Positions 20,015 through 30,112 of a stretch of DNA of 64,000 nucleotides are shown here, in pieces. The notes beneath the pieces were generated by a model, which was not told the origin of the DNA, did no database searches, and worked only from the letters and a program-made list of their open reading frames with translations. The stretch lies in assembly GCA_964291655.2 (NCBI GenBank), contig OZ219801.1:672001-736000 (forward strand), read 5' to 3'. Origin of the DNA: Chloroflexota bacterium. Lineage in GTDB: Bacteria; Chloroflexota; UBA11872; VXOZ01. Each line of letters opens with the position of its first letter. The first letter of the stretch is position 1. The translations under genes were made by a program, and so were the position numbers.

Positions 20015-20048
20015 AGCAGAAAGTGAAAAACTTTCTGCTTTTTCTTTT
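20015..20048 (+). terminator. Intrinsic terminator/attenuator in the aroF leader
   Basis: AGCAGAAAGT-GAAAA-ACTTTCTGCT followed by TTTTCTTTT. Confidence 0.8.
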
Positions 20049-20192
20049 ATTGATAGGAGCGAGTGCTACCGAGAACTCTACTGATCGTGCACAACCGACA
20101 GCTGAATTGGCAAGATCACCGTACAACAGACGCCGCCTCACTTAACGGAGGCGCAACACACCACAGAGGAAAGGCATCAAGGGTAGAAGGTC

Positions 20193-21242
20193 ATGATAGT
20201 CATAATGCGGACCGACGCCACTCAGGAGCAGATTGACGCCGTGCGACAGCGTATTGAAGATGGCGGCGTGGAGTCGACCATCAGCCAAGGTGTAAACAAG
20301 ACAGTAATTGGACTCATCGGCAAGCGGCCTCCCGGCATGATGGAGCAGGTACAAGTGCTGCCGGGTGTTGAAATGGTCATCCCCGTCGACAAGCCGTACA
20401 AGTTTGCTGCACGCGGCGAGGGCGGCGGCGATACCCACATTCGCGTCGGCAACGTGACCATTGGCGGCAATGAAATCGGCATCATCGGCGGTCCCTGCAG
20501 CGTGGAGAGCGAAGAGCAGATCATTGCTACCGCGCAGGCCGTGAAAGAAGCAGGCGGACACATTCTGCGCGGCGGCGCCTTCAAACCGCGCACGTCGCCC
20601 TACAGCTTCCAGGGCATGGGTGGTGAAGGACTCAAGCTGCTGCGCACTGCCGCAGACGCTACGGGACTGCCTCTTATCACCGAGGTCATGGATCCCCGCC
20701 GGGTCTCACTGGTTGCCGAACACGTCGATATCATGCAGATTGGCGCCCGCAACATGCAGAACTTCACGCTCTTGCAAGAGGTAGGCAACACCGACAAGCC
20801 GGTAATGCTCAAGCGCGGCATGGCGGCAAGCATTGAAGACCTGCTTATGTCCGCGGAATACATCATGGCCGCCGGCAATATGCGCGTGATCCTGTGCGAG
20901 CGGGGCATCCGGACCTTTGAAACGGCTACCCGCAACACGCTCGACCTGAGCGCAATCCCCGTCCTCAAGGCAGAATCGCACCTGCCCGTCGTCATCGACC
21001 CCAGCCACGCCACGGGCAAGTGGGAGTTGGTGAAGCCAATGGCGCTCGCTGCGGTAGCCGCCGGTGCTGACGGCGTGATGATCGAAGTGCATCCCAATCC
21101 TGAACTCGCGCTCTCAGACGGCCCGCAGAGCGTCACGCCGGCGCGCTTTTTCGACATCATGGATGCCATTCGCAAAGTGGCGGCCGCAGTTGGGCGGGAA
21201 GTCCCTGCTGCCACAGCCGAGTTGGAAGCCGCCACCACGTAG
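20193..21242 (+). CDS. aroF: 3-deoxy-7-phosphoheptulonate (DAHP) synthase, type I-beta with N-terminal regulatory domain
   Basis: [41 protein letters not shown]. Confidence 0.96.
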   Translation: MIVIMRTDATQEQIDAVRQRIEDGGVESTISQGVNKTVIGLIGKRPPGMMEQVQVLPGVEMVIPVDKPYKFAARGEGGGDTHIRVGNVTIGGNEIGIIGGPCSVESEEQIIATAQAVKEAGGHILRGGAFKPRTSPYSFQGMGGEGLKLLRTAADATGLPLITEVMDPRRVSLVAEHVDIMQIGARNMQNFTLLQEVGNTDKPVMLKRGMAASIEDLLMSAEYIMAAGNMRVILCERGIRTFETATRNTLDLSAIPVLKAESHLPVVIDPSHATGKWELVKPMALAAVAAGADGVMIEVHPNPELALSDGPQSVTPARFFDIMDAIRKVAAAVGREVPAATAELEAATT

Positions 21243-21275
21243 CCAAGACATGACTGTTTACATGGGAAGAAATAC

Positions 21276-21824
21276 GTGAATGCCTGGGTGCAGATAATAG
21301 CGGAGGACGAGGCGGAGGGTCAGTTACGCGCGGTCTACCAGGAGCTACTCGGTGAAGGTCGGCGGAGCAGTGTGCCCGATTTCTTGCGCTTGCATAGTCT
21401 CGTGCCCCGCGCGATTGTTCCGCTCGCCCAGTTGCACCGGGCCATCGCTTACGGGCCAGGCGAGTTGTCGCGGACTCAGCGCGAGTTAATTGCCACGGTA
21501 GTTTCAGTCATCAACGGCTGCGGCCTTTGCCAAGAACTGCATAGCCGCCTGTTGCTCCACCGCACCCGGGATGAAACGCTTGTGAAGCAAGTCCAATGCG
21601 ATTTCCGCACAGCCCCCCTCTCCGCTGTGGACCGCGCGATGCTGGAGTACACAGCGAAACTCACCACCGCTCCTGCTGCCGTTGCGCGTGAGGACATAGA
21701 ACAATTGCGTCAACTTGGATTGAGTGATGCTGCCATCGTCGCAATCGCCACGCAAACCGCTCTCTTCAACTATCTTAACCGCGTCATTCAAGGCCTCGGT
21801 CTGGGAGAGACCGACGCACCATGA
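21276..21824 (+). CDS. AhpD/carboxymuconolactone decarboxylase family peroxidase-related protein
   Basis: RELIATVVS.INGCGLC..LH and FNYLNR motifs. Confidence 0.85.
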   Translation: MNAWVQIIAEDEAEGQLRAVYQELLGEGRRSSVPDFLRLHSLVPRAIVPLAQLHRAIAYGPGELSRTQRELIATVVSVINGCGLCQELHSRLLLHRTRDETLVKQVQCDFRTAPLSAVDRAMLEYTAKLTTAPAAVAREDIEQLRQLGLSDAAIVAIATQTALFNYLNRVIQGLGLGETDAP

Positions 21825-23116
21825 AGCGAATCCAACCCATCAATCACCCCGTGAACGCCACCGTTACCCTACCGGGATCCAAGAGCTATACCAACCGGGC
21901 GCTCATCATCGCTGCTTTGGCTGAAGGCACATCAACGTTACGCCAGGCGCTGTTTAGTGACGACACCGTGTACATGGCAGATGCGCTCCGGCAGCTTGGA
22001 ATTCCTGTGTGGGCAAACGAATCCGACAATTCGTTCGTAGTCGAAGGGAAAGGCGGCTCTATTCCCGCCAGCGAAGCGGACCTCTTCGTCGGATTATCCG
22101 GCACAAGCGCGCGCTTTCTTACGGCGCTCGCCGCACTGGGCCACGGCCGTTACGGTGTGGATGGCGTCCCGCGCATGCGCGAACGCCCTATGCAACCGTT
22201 GCTTGACAGCATTCTCCAGCTAGGCGGCAGGATCCGGTCTGAGACCGGGAATGGCTGCCTGCCCATCGCCATCGATGGGCGGGGGCTGCGCGGCGGCAGC
22301 GCTTCTATGGCCGGCGACCAGAGCAGCCAGTACTTCAGCGCTCTCCTTATGGTCGCGCCATACATGACAAATGGGCTCGACCTCGCCGTGAACGGCCGCC
22401 TCGTCCACGGTCAGTATGTCACTATGACGATGAGGAGCATGGCGGAATTTGGGGTTGCGGCGACACATGAGGGAGAGCAGCGCTTTCGCGTTGCACCCGG
22501 GCAGCACTATCAAGCTCGCGCGTACGACATAGAGCCGGACGCCTCCGCCGCATCCTATTTCTTTGCGGCTGCGGCGCTTTCGGGCGGCACGGTCCGCGTA
22601 GAAAACCTCGGCGCCGACTCCGCCCAAGGAGATTTAGAATTCGTTGACGTGCTCGCTGCCATGGGTTGCGAGGTCGAAAAGAGCGCCGATTACGTGAGCG
22701 TCACAGGTCCCGGCAATCTACAGGGCGTTGACGTAGACATGGGTTCCCTGTCCGACACCTTCATGACTCTGGCCGCCCTTGCGCCATTTGCCGATGGGCC
22801 AACCGTCATTCGCGGAATTGCGCACACCCGCTTGCAAGAAACCGACCGTGTACACGCCACCGCGCAAGAGTTGCACAAGCTGGGAGTTGCCGTTGATGAG
22901 TTTAACGACGGCTTGCGGATCAAGCCGGGCGCTGTGCACGGCGCCATCATAGATCCCCACGACGACCATCGCATTGCGATGAGCTTTGCGCTGGTCGGCC
23001 TGCGGCAGCCCGGTGTTGTAATCGGCAATCCAGAATGCGTGGCAAAGACGTTTCCAGACTATTTCGACTGCCTAGAGACAGCGGTTCGCCCAGCCCAGCG
23101 CTCTGCGCCAATCTGA
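21821..23116 (+). CDS. aroA: 3-phosphoshikimate 1-carboxyvinyltransferase (EPSP synthase)
   Basis: LPGSKSYTNR, RERP, SSQY, ETDR, DHRIAM, KTFPDYF. Confidence 0.97.
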   Translation: MKRIQPINHPVNATVTLPGSKSYTNRALIIAALAEGTSTLRQALFSDDTVYMADALRQLGIPVWANESDNSFVVEGKGGSIPASEADLFVGLSGTSARFLTALAALGHGRYGVDGVPRMRERPMQPLLDSILQLGGRIRSETGNGCLPIAIDGRGLRGGSASMAGDQSSQYFSALLMVAPYMTNGLDLAVNGRLVHGQYVTMTMRSMAEFGVAATHEGEQRFRVAPGQHYQARAYDIEPDASAASYFFAAAALSGGTVRVENLGADSAQGDLEFVDVLAAMGCEVEKSADYVSVTGPGNLQGVDVDMGSLSDTFMTLAALAPFADGPTVIRGIAHTRLQETDRVHATAQELHKLGVAVDEFNDGLRIKPGAVHGAIIDPHDDHRIAMSFALVGLRQPGVVIGNPECVAKTFPDYFDCLETAVRPAQRSAPI

Positions 23117-23491
23117 TCGGCCGCGCTCAGCAATCGCTTGCAGCAAGCCTGGATTGCAGCCTATCCCCATCTGGATGGAACGCGAGTGCTCGCTTTCGCT
23201 ACTATATCCGGCGCCAAAGGCACAGATTTTCCCCCAAGAATGCTCTACGGCAAGCTTTGCCCTAGTCCCGGCCAGCCCTTGAGTGGAATATCGGCCGCAA
23301 GGCTCTCATAGAGTCCCCGCTCCCGGGTTTCACAGTTGCCTCTCCATGGGGCTCATCTTGCGTAAGAGCGACACGGCAACGGCATCCAGAATCCAACTCC
23401 GAAAGATTTCACCGCGCCGAGACCATCCAGCCTGCATAGCGGATTCTTGCTTGGTTGCTACAGCGCTCTACGCCCTGCTACTATCGCTACT

Positions 23492-25768
23492 ATGAGCCGC
23501 TTTCTTTCCACCCTTGCGACACCTCTCGCGGGCTTCCAACCGTCCTTGGAAGACGCACCGAAGCACTCGCCACGCTTGATTGGTGTAATCTTTCTGTTCT
23601 TCTTCTTGCTGTACACCCTAACCGGCGGCGGTCATGTTTACAGCCCAGAGGGGGAACATGCATACGCCATCAGCCACAGCCTCCTCTTGGACCCGGAACG
23701 CGAAGGCCTGCAGCAAGACTATCGCGAACTCGCATCGTGGGAGTTGGGGCTACCGGTCTTGATGCAACCCACCTTGCTCCTAGGCGCCATCATCGATCCT
23801 TTGCTGCCCCAGAGAGATGCATTTGGGCATCAGGGAAACACGTATGTGCTGGGAGAGTATCCGGTACTTGCACGACGAGGCACGCCCAATACTCGCGATA
23901 CACTCCATATACCCCTTGAAGACACACGAGCCAGGGCGCTCGTAATCTTTTCCAATTTGGAATCATCTCAAGAGATCAAGGAAGGTACGCGTATCGCCAC
24001 GATTACGTTTGACACCGTCCCCGTAGGTAGATTCTTTGGAGAGGTGAAGGCCGGGCGAGACACTGCAGAGGCAGCATACGACCTTTCTGTCATTCAAGGA
24101 GGAGTGGCGCATGGCAAGGCAGAGACTGTGGCTCGTCGCATTGGCATGCCCAGGTCCAACATCTACGTCTCAGAGCTGCAGTTTACACAGCGCTTGACCG
24201 TAAAGAGCATCACCATCCAGTACCACGCACAAGAAGGCACGTTGCACATATCTTCTCTTAACCTCATAGACGCCGAGACTGACGAACCTATACTGATCGG
24301 CTCCACTGGAAGAGTATGGTCCGAGCAGGAAAACAGTGACTATTTCAAGCGCTTGTTTGCGCTCTTTACCAACGCCTGGGTAACCGCCCTCAGTGCGGTG
24401 CTCATGTATCTCATTACGCGACGCCTAGGATACCACAGCCAGGTCGCCCTTGCCTTGACGTTGCTCTTTGGACTAGCCACGCTTGCGTGGCCGTACGCCA
24501 AGTATGACTATGCTGAACCGGGAATAGCACTCGCTCTCTTGGGTACGGTCTATTTCCTGCTGCGGGGTGTCCAAGACCGTCAATTGGGTTGGGTTCTTGT
24601 CAGCGGACTCATCATTGTGTGCGGCATTGCCATCAAGTTTGTTACGGCGATCAATCTGGCTGTCCTTGTTCCGCTGCCAGCACTCGTTTCATTCCAGGGC
24701 TCCCGCCAACTCCTGCGATCCCTCGCTTGGGCTCTCGTTCGCACTCTCGTATTCCTGGCCCCGATAGGCCTAGTTGGCCTCGTGGCACTCGTCGCGTTTG
24801 TGTCTGCATCGGACCTGGAGTCTTTTGTGCCTACCGACTTGACCGAGAGACTTTCCACCGGGCTCGACCTGCCGACATGGATTGGTCTGTATGGCAACCT
24901 GTTAAGTCCGGGGAAGAGCGTCCTGCTCTATGCGCCACCCCTCATTCTTGCCCTCTTTGGGAGTCTGCCGTTCATATCGCGACACAAGTGGTGGTCGCTT
25001 CCATTCGCGTGCATACCCCTGATCTACCTGCTCATCTATAGCAGTGTCGGAGACTGGTATGGCGGGAGTACCTGGGGACCGCGGTACCTGGTTCCTGCCG
25101 TACCTCTGCTGCTGGTGATGGCTGCGCCAATTCTAGAGAAAGCGCTATTTGATAATGGCGTGAGAGAATTGCGGGCCGTCGTGGTTCTCGGCGCTGTAGG
25201 AATCGGTATGCAACTCCTCGCCGTCGCCAATAACTTCGAGCGGTATTTCAGCCTGCTGCGTTCCCAGGTCTTGCCGCAGATTCCGGAGAGCGGCGCGTTT
25301 CTGGCCGGACGTGTAGGACAAGCATATTACGCCCACCCTACGAACTTGCCAGCCGAGAAGGAGAGTGTCCTCTATCTTTTTGCGACACCATTTTCGCCCA
25401 TATTCGCCCACATCTGGATTCTGGCGGCAGACACAGTAGACCTTTTCCTGATTTCAAGCCCCGAGATCCTGCGAGCCGTGCTAAGTCGTCCTCCATGGAC
25501 TTTGCTGGGGGTGGCAATTTGGCCTCAGCACCCCGAAGAGGTGCTGGGTTTGGACTTCTGGTCGATGACATTGTGGCGGGACTTTACCAACCACGCCATC
25601 CTTCTCGCGTTCATCTTGATTTTCGTATTGGCCTGCCAGGCCGCAACCCTCTACTGCTGGACGTGGCTAAGCCAGCGTTTCGAGCTAAGCATGCGGCTCT
25701 ATTGGGGTGGAATTATCGGCCTTGCGACATTCTTTATCCTGTTCGATGTGTCCCACATACTTCAGTAG
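23492..25768 (+). CDS. GT-C fold membrane glycosyltransferase with an inserted extracellular domain
   Basis: First TM followed by YSPEG, many TMs, WPYAK..YAEP, SPGKS, WGPRYLVP motifs. Confidence 0.75.
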   Translation: MSRFLSTLATPLAGFQPSLEDAPKHSPRLIGVIFLFFFLLYTLTGGGHVYSPEGEHAYAISHSLLLDPEREGLQQDYRELASWELGLPVLMQPTLLLGAIIDPLLPQRDAFGHQGNTYVLGEYPVLARRGTPNTRDTLHIPLEDTRARALVIFSNLESSQEIKEGTRIATITFDTVPVGRFFGEVKAGRDTAEAAYDLSVIQGGVAHGKAETVARRIGMPRSNIYVSELQFTQRLTVKSITIQYHAQEGTLHISSLNLIDAETDEPILIGSTGRVWSEQENSDYFKRLFALFTNAWVTALSAVLMYLITRRLGYHSQVALALTLLFGLATLAWPYAKYDYAEPGIALALLGTVYFLLRGVQDRQLGWVLVSGLIIVCGIAIKFVTAINLAVLVPLPALVSFQGSRQLLRSLAWALVRTLVFLAPIGLVGLVALVAFVSASDLESFVPTDLTERLSTGLDLPTWIGLYGNLLSPGKSVLLYAPPLILALFGSLPFISRHKWWSLPFACIPLIYLLIYSSVGDWYGGSTWGPRYLVPAVPLLLVMAAPILEKALFDNGVRELRAVVVLGAVGIGMQLLAVANNFERYFSLLRSQVLPQIPESGAFLAGRVGQAYYAHPTNLPAEKESVLYLFATPFSPIFAHIWILAADTVDLFLISSPEILRAVLSRPPWTLLGVAIWPQHPEEVLGLDFWSMTLWRDFTNHAILLAFILIFVLACQAATLYCWTWLSQRFELSMRLYWGGIIGLATFFILFDVSHILQ

Positions 25769-26046
25769 CGCAGCTCGCATGCCGAGAATTCACTTGGTTA
25801 TTCACGCGGAAAGTAGGCCTGCCGCAGGTGTGCCAAAACACGCTACTGCGAAGCCTGCCGCTTGCCAAAGAAAATACGCAGCTTAGGCACGCCGCGCGCA
25901 GGCCTCGAGAACTAGCCTCTTCCCAGATGCCAGAAATCTTAAAGGCTTACTGGACGTGGGTAAGAAAAGGCCGTGACAACCTGGGTTGAACTAAGTCATC
26001 GCCCGGACGGGCAACTCAAGGGGGCTGCGTCAACCGAATTGCAGGC

Positions 26047-26451
26047 TCAGGCGCTACAGGGTATGACCTGAACTGCTACCGAGCGTCGTGGGCGGGGGCC
26101 GTCAAGCTCTACGAAGAAGACGCTCTGCCAGGTTCCCAGGACAAGGCGGCCTTCATGAACCGGAATCATAAGGTTGCCGCCAACGATACCGGCCGTGAGG
26201 TGTGACCGGGCATTATTGTCCACGCAGTCATGCCGATACTGCGCTTGGGGCAGCAAATCCCGCACGACCGCCTCAAAGTCTCGCTTGAGACCGGGTTCGT
26301 TTTCGTTGACAAGCATACATGCGGTTGTATGCAAACAGAAGACGCTGCAAATACCTTCTTCAATGCCGGATTCCGTCACGGCGTCATGAAGGTCACTGGT
26401 GATATCCAGCAACTCAGTGGGTTGCGCGGACGCAAGAGTTATCGTCTTCAT
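26047..26451 (-). CDS. yjbQ: YjbQ family protein (UPF0047)
   Basis: HTTA..VNE, YRHD..DNNARSH, LVLGTWQSVFFVELDGPR. Confidence 0.9.
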   Translation of the reverse strand: MKTITLASAQPTELLDITSDLHDAVTESGIEEGICSVFCLHTTACMLVNENEPGLKRDFEAVVRDLLPQAQYRHDCVDNNARSHLTAGIVGGNLMIPVHEGRLVLGTWQSVFFVELDGPRPRRSVAVQVIPCSA

Positions 26452-26737
26452 AGCTCTAATTTCACGATACCACACGACTCTGAAATGAGACAAAGACGCA
26501 CGGGACAGACAATCTCTGCTCCACCAGACCTACAACCATTGGTCTTCCGCCGCCCACTTGCCGTTCTTCCACACTTACAAATGCAATCCGGCAGCGCCAT
26601 TGCTCTACCCACAGAAACGCTACCACCGAGCCTCCGCTGCCGTGGTCTTGACCTGACGCCTTTTCAAGCGAAAACACACATGTGGCAACACTTTAGTAAC
26701 GCTGTGTCACAGCACGCTACGAGCGTGCCCGACAGAT

Positions 26738-29700
26738 TCAAGGCGGTCCGGCCCCAGCAGTATTCAATCCCTCTCCAGTACTCGTGGGTTTCCGGCTAGT
26801 AGTGTACACGATGGCGCACAAGGCCGCCGTTAGCCAAAACCAGCTCGCCAAGTCCGGCAAGAAATAGTAGTTGTCCAACATGCCGTGGGTTACTGCCGCG
26901 AGTTGGCTCCCGGCCAAGCCCACACCAAGGGCGCGTACTTCCTTTTCCCGGCTGGTATACGCAATGCGGTGTGTGAGCATGAAGAAGAGCGCAAGAAAGC
27001 CAACGATGAAGACGACTCCCACTATCCCTAGGCGCAGCCAGAAGTCAAGGAAGAGATTGTGCGGGTGCGACAAATTCGGCTCACGCCAGGCAGCCGGGTT
27101 CAAGTACTGCGCGTGGACATAGAGGTAGTTATCCAGACCTACACCGGTGATCGGGTAGTCCGCGATCATCTGCAGGGATGACTGCCCATTAACGATTCGC
27201 ATGTGCGTCGTTGTGCCTGGCTCGACACTTAGTACCGACCGCACCCGCTCCGGGCCAAAGTTGACGCCACCGGCTAACAGCAGCACCGCGACGAGGATTA
27301 CACCACCGAGGAAACGAACCCGTTGTCGGCGTTCCGGCAAGAGCACCCAAATGAAGAACAGCAAGAGTATAAGCCCGGCTATCCATCCGGCACGCGAGAA
27401 GCTGCCCAGCAACGCCACCGCGAGCACACCCGCGAGCGGCCAAGCCACACGGGAGGGCCAAAGCTTGAACATGCCGGCAGCGACCACAAACGGCAGCGCC
27501 CGTTCGACTATCATCGCTAGGTGATTGGGCGAGGGATAGAATCCCGAGAGCCGAATCACGCCTTCTGCCTGCACCGCAGCATTGGGGTCGACGATGGGCT
27601 CTGCCAGCGCCACTGCCGCCGCCACGGCCGCGCCCGCCACAAACGCCTGTATCAACCGCCACGCCTGCTGCCGGTTTTTGAGCAGCCAGCTTGCGATCAA
27701 GAACAATAGCACCGGCACAACTATCGTTTGGCGCAACTCGCGCAAACTAAAGACCCCATAGTGGGAAAACAGGAGCGACACCGCGCCGATCACGAGCAAA
27801 CCGACAGCCCACCAGGTAAAGACGCGCCTTTCAACAACCAAGCGCTGCCTCACGAACGTATGCACCAGCAGCGACCCAACGAGCAGCGCCGCCAGAATCT
27901 CATTGACGGGCAACGCGAGGCGACCGGCGGCGGGCGTCAAAACGGAAAAGGGCAGTGTTGCTGCCACAACGAATAAGAGTGCACGGGGCCACACCAGCGC
28001 AGCAAGGCCAAGCAAGGCCACAAGCAAATACTGCGCCGCCGCTCCCGGCACAATCCACAGCAGACCCGCCACCGCCAGCAACAACCCGAATCGAGCCGTC
28101 TCATGCTGCCATATGCCACTGGCAGTCCGTTCCATGATCTTGCCGAGAAGCTCGCTAGGCTGACGCCGTTGCCGCAGCCATCCGGTAAGAATCCAGCCGA
28201 TTGCAGCAAGAAATCCCGCGTACAGCCCGCCTACAAGTACATAGGGCCACAATGGGCGTTCGCGCACGACGACTATTGCATCGATGTCCACCCCAATGTC
28301 GCTCGACTGTAGGTTGCGCCGGCCCGTGACTTCGATCTCAACAAGGTGCTCGCGATCCGGGAGTCGATCTGCCAGCAGCACTTCTTCTTCCCAGCGGTCT
28401 TCAGGAGCATAGAGGTCCAGCATGGCCTGACCGCCCGCGTCCTTGTCCAGGCGGTGGGCAAGAGACTGCGAGCCGTTGATGCGCACTAATGCAATGCCCT
28501 TGTCCGGCCCTTTGAGGACTACCAGGGAGACTGCCGTGCCATGAAAGCGAAAGCGCAGGCGGGCGCCCGCCTGCGGGCTGCCCCGCGCCTGATCCAACGA
28601 GTATGTTTCATTGGCGATGTCAATCCACTCGCCCTCCCAGGCGAGCGCGGGATGCTTCTCCTGATGGTAGCCCGGCCCGAGTACGGGCGGCGCGCGCATC
28701 AAATCCCGCATGGCCGCAAGCACCGGGCGCTGAGTGAATTCCTTATCCACGATGCCGAAGTATTGCGTGGGGTCATCGGGGTGGGCTTGGGGCCAGTAGA
28801 AGTGCCAGAGATTTATCATCGGCAGCCACGGCCACTCGCGTTGCGCGCGCTGCATGCCCTCCACCGTGTAGCGTGCCTGTGTCTCTTCCGAGACATTGCC
28901 CCAAGGCGAAGGACTGCCCTGCCAGTCCGTTGGCAGCGCGACCCACCCGTATTCTCCGGCCCAGATGGGTTTGGACGCGTCGCCGTTTCGCACCATCACT
29001 TCCCGTACCAACACCGCCCGCGCCATGTTCGTGCGGTGCCGCGCTATGTAGCGGTCATCCGGGCCGTGCCACAAGCCGTAGGACGCCGTGCTGACCACGT
29101 CGAAGTACGGCGCGCCGCCGTGCGCATAGATGCCTTCGAGAAAGAACAGCTCACTGAGGTTCTTGGGACCGGTCTCAGTCGTTGGCGCCAGCACGGCGGC
29201 AACGATGATCGCCTCCGGATTCGCCTGCCGGATACGCTGCGAGGCCACTTTGAGCATCGCCACGTAGGCCGCCGGATCGGGATTGTGCGGCCACCATTCG
29301 CCATGGAGATTGGGTTCATTCCAGATTTGGAATATTTGCACGTCCCCGCGGTACCGCTGGGCAAACGCATATGCAAAGTCTCCATAGTCCTCAAGCCGTG
29401 CCGGTGGGCCCTGTTGACGCCCGTCGTCCGGCGGCTTCCCATCTGGATATGCCCAAGGCGGCGGCCGTTCGAGACGCGCGATGATTGTCAGGTTGTGTTG
29501 CTTCGCCAGCGCGACCAGTCGGTCGTACTTCTGCCAGGTACTTTCCTCGGCTAGGTCGTTCCAGTACCTTCCCTTCCACGGACGCTCGATGTCCTCCCAG
29601 GCAATGACCTGCCGGATGTAGCGAAATCCCGCTTCTTCCAATAACGCCATGCCGCGCTCGATTCGTTCCCAATCCGGGTCTTGATCGAAACGCGTATTGA

Positions 29701-29854
29701 TGCCGTAGCGATACACCGCGGCGTGGCGGATGGGGTGCACAGATTCGCGTCCGTAGGCGACGCCGGTTTCAAACCAGAAGCGGTAGCCGACCAAGGCCAG
29801 CGTCGCGGCGCAGAGCACAAGAAGACAACCAACAAAGAGGAGTAGTCGCACCAC
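26738..29854 (-). CDS. Clan GH-A glycoside hydrolase fused to an O-antigen ligase/Wzy_C-like membrane domain
   Basis: QIWNEPN and KPIWAGEYGW in the N-terminal half; SPNHLA, SFSRAGW, GVGLDNY, SHPHNLFLDFW in the C-terminal half. Confidence 0.85.
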   Translation of the reverse strand: MVRLLLFVGCLLVLCAATLALVGYRFWFETGVAYGRESVHPIRHAAVYRYGINTRFDQDPDWERIERGMALLEEAGFRYIRQVIAWEDIERPWKGRYWNDLAEESTWQKYDRLVALAKQHNLTIIARLERPPPWAYPDGKPPDDGRQQGPPARLEDYGDFAYAFAQRYRGDVQIFQIWNEPNLHGEWWPHNPDPAAYVAMLKVASQRIRQANPEAIIVAAVLAPTTETGPKNLSELFFLEGIYAHGGAPYFDVVSTASYGLWHGPDDRYIARHRTNMARAVLVREVMVRNGDASKPIWAGEYGWVALPTDWQGSPSPWGNVSEETQARYTVEGMQRAQREWPWLPMINLWHFYWPQAHPDDPTQYFGIVDKEFTQRPVLAAMRDLMRAPPVLGPGYHQEKHPALAWEGEWIDIANETYSLDQARGSPQAGARLRFRFHGTAVSLVVLKGPDKGIALVRINGSQSLAHRLDKDAGGQAMLDLYAPEDRWEEEVLLADRLPDREHLVEIEVTGRRNLQSSDIGVDIDAIVVVRERPLWPYVLVGGLYAGFLAAIGWILTGWLRQRRQPSELLGKIMERTASGIWQHETARFGLLLAVAGLLWIVPGAAAQYLLVALLGLAALVWPRALLFVVAATLPFSVLTPAAGRLALPVNEILAALLVGSLLVHTFVRQRLVVERRVFTWWAVGLLVIGAVSLLFSHYGVFSLRELRQTIVVPVLLFLIASWLLKNRQQAWRLIQAFVAGAAVAAAVALAEPIVDPNAAVQAEGVIRLSGFYPSPNHLAMIVERALPFVVAAGMFKLWPSRVAWPLAGVLAVALLGSFSRAGWIAGLILLLFFIWVLLPERRQRVRFLGGVILVAVLLLAGGVNFGPERVRSVLSVEPGTTTHMRIVNGQSSLQMIADYPITGVGLDNYLYVHAQYLNPAAWREPNLSHPHNLFLDFWLRLGIVGVVFIVGFLALFFMLTHRIAYTSREKEVRALGVGLAGSQLAAVTHGMLDNYYFLPDLASWFWLTAALCAIVYTTSRKPTSTGEGLNTAGAGPP

Positions 29855-30112
29855 TGTAGGAAAAGTCTCTCCAGGGAAGCACTATCTAAGCGCGTGGCGA
29901 CCAATCGGGATCACATTTAAGCAGAGTTTAGCAGTAACGCCGCTAACGCGTACTTGCTGCCTAGGACTGCCGCGAGTCAGTTGGGACGCTGGGTGGGGTC
30001 TCGTGCCCGGGCGGGAAAGCTTCAGGTCAGGCGGAGAAGGTGAGGGAGCAGTTGGCCCGCAGCCGCTTCCAGGCACAAGTCTTGCGGCAGGAATCTGTCC
30101 GAAGGAAGCCTC

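Noticed and set aside
20063-20236. 57-codon GTG ORF overlapping the aroF start
   Set aside because: Has an RBS-like AGGAG but no recognisable features; likely chance
30015-30060. SRP RNA-like CAGGTCAGG...GGAGCAG
   Set aside because: Lacks the GNRA-capped helix 8 geometry and the long flanking stem
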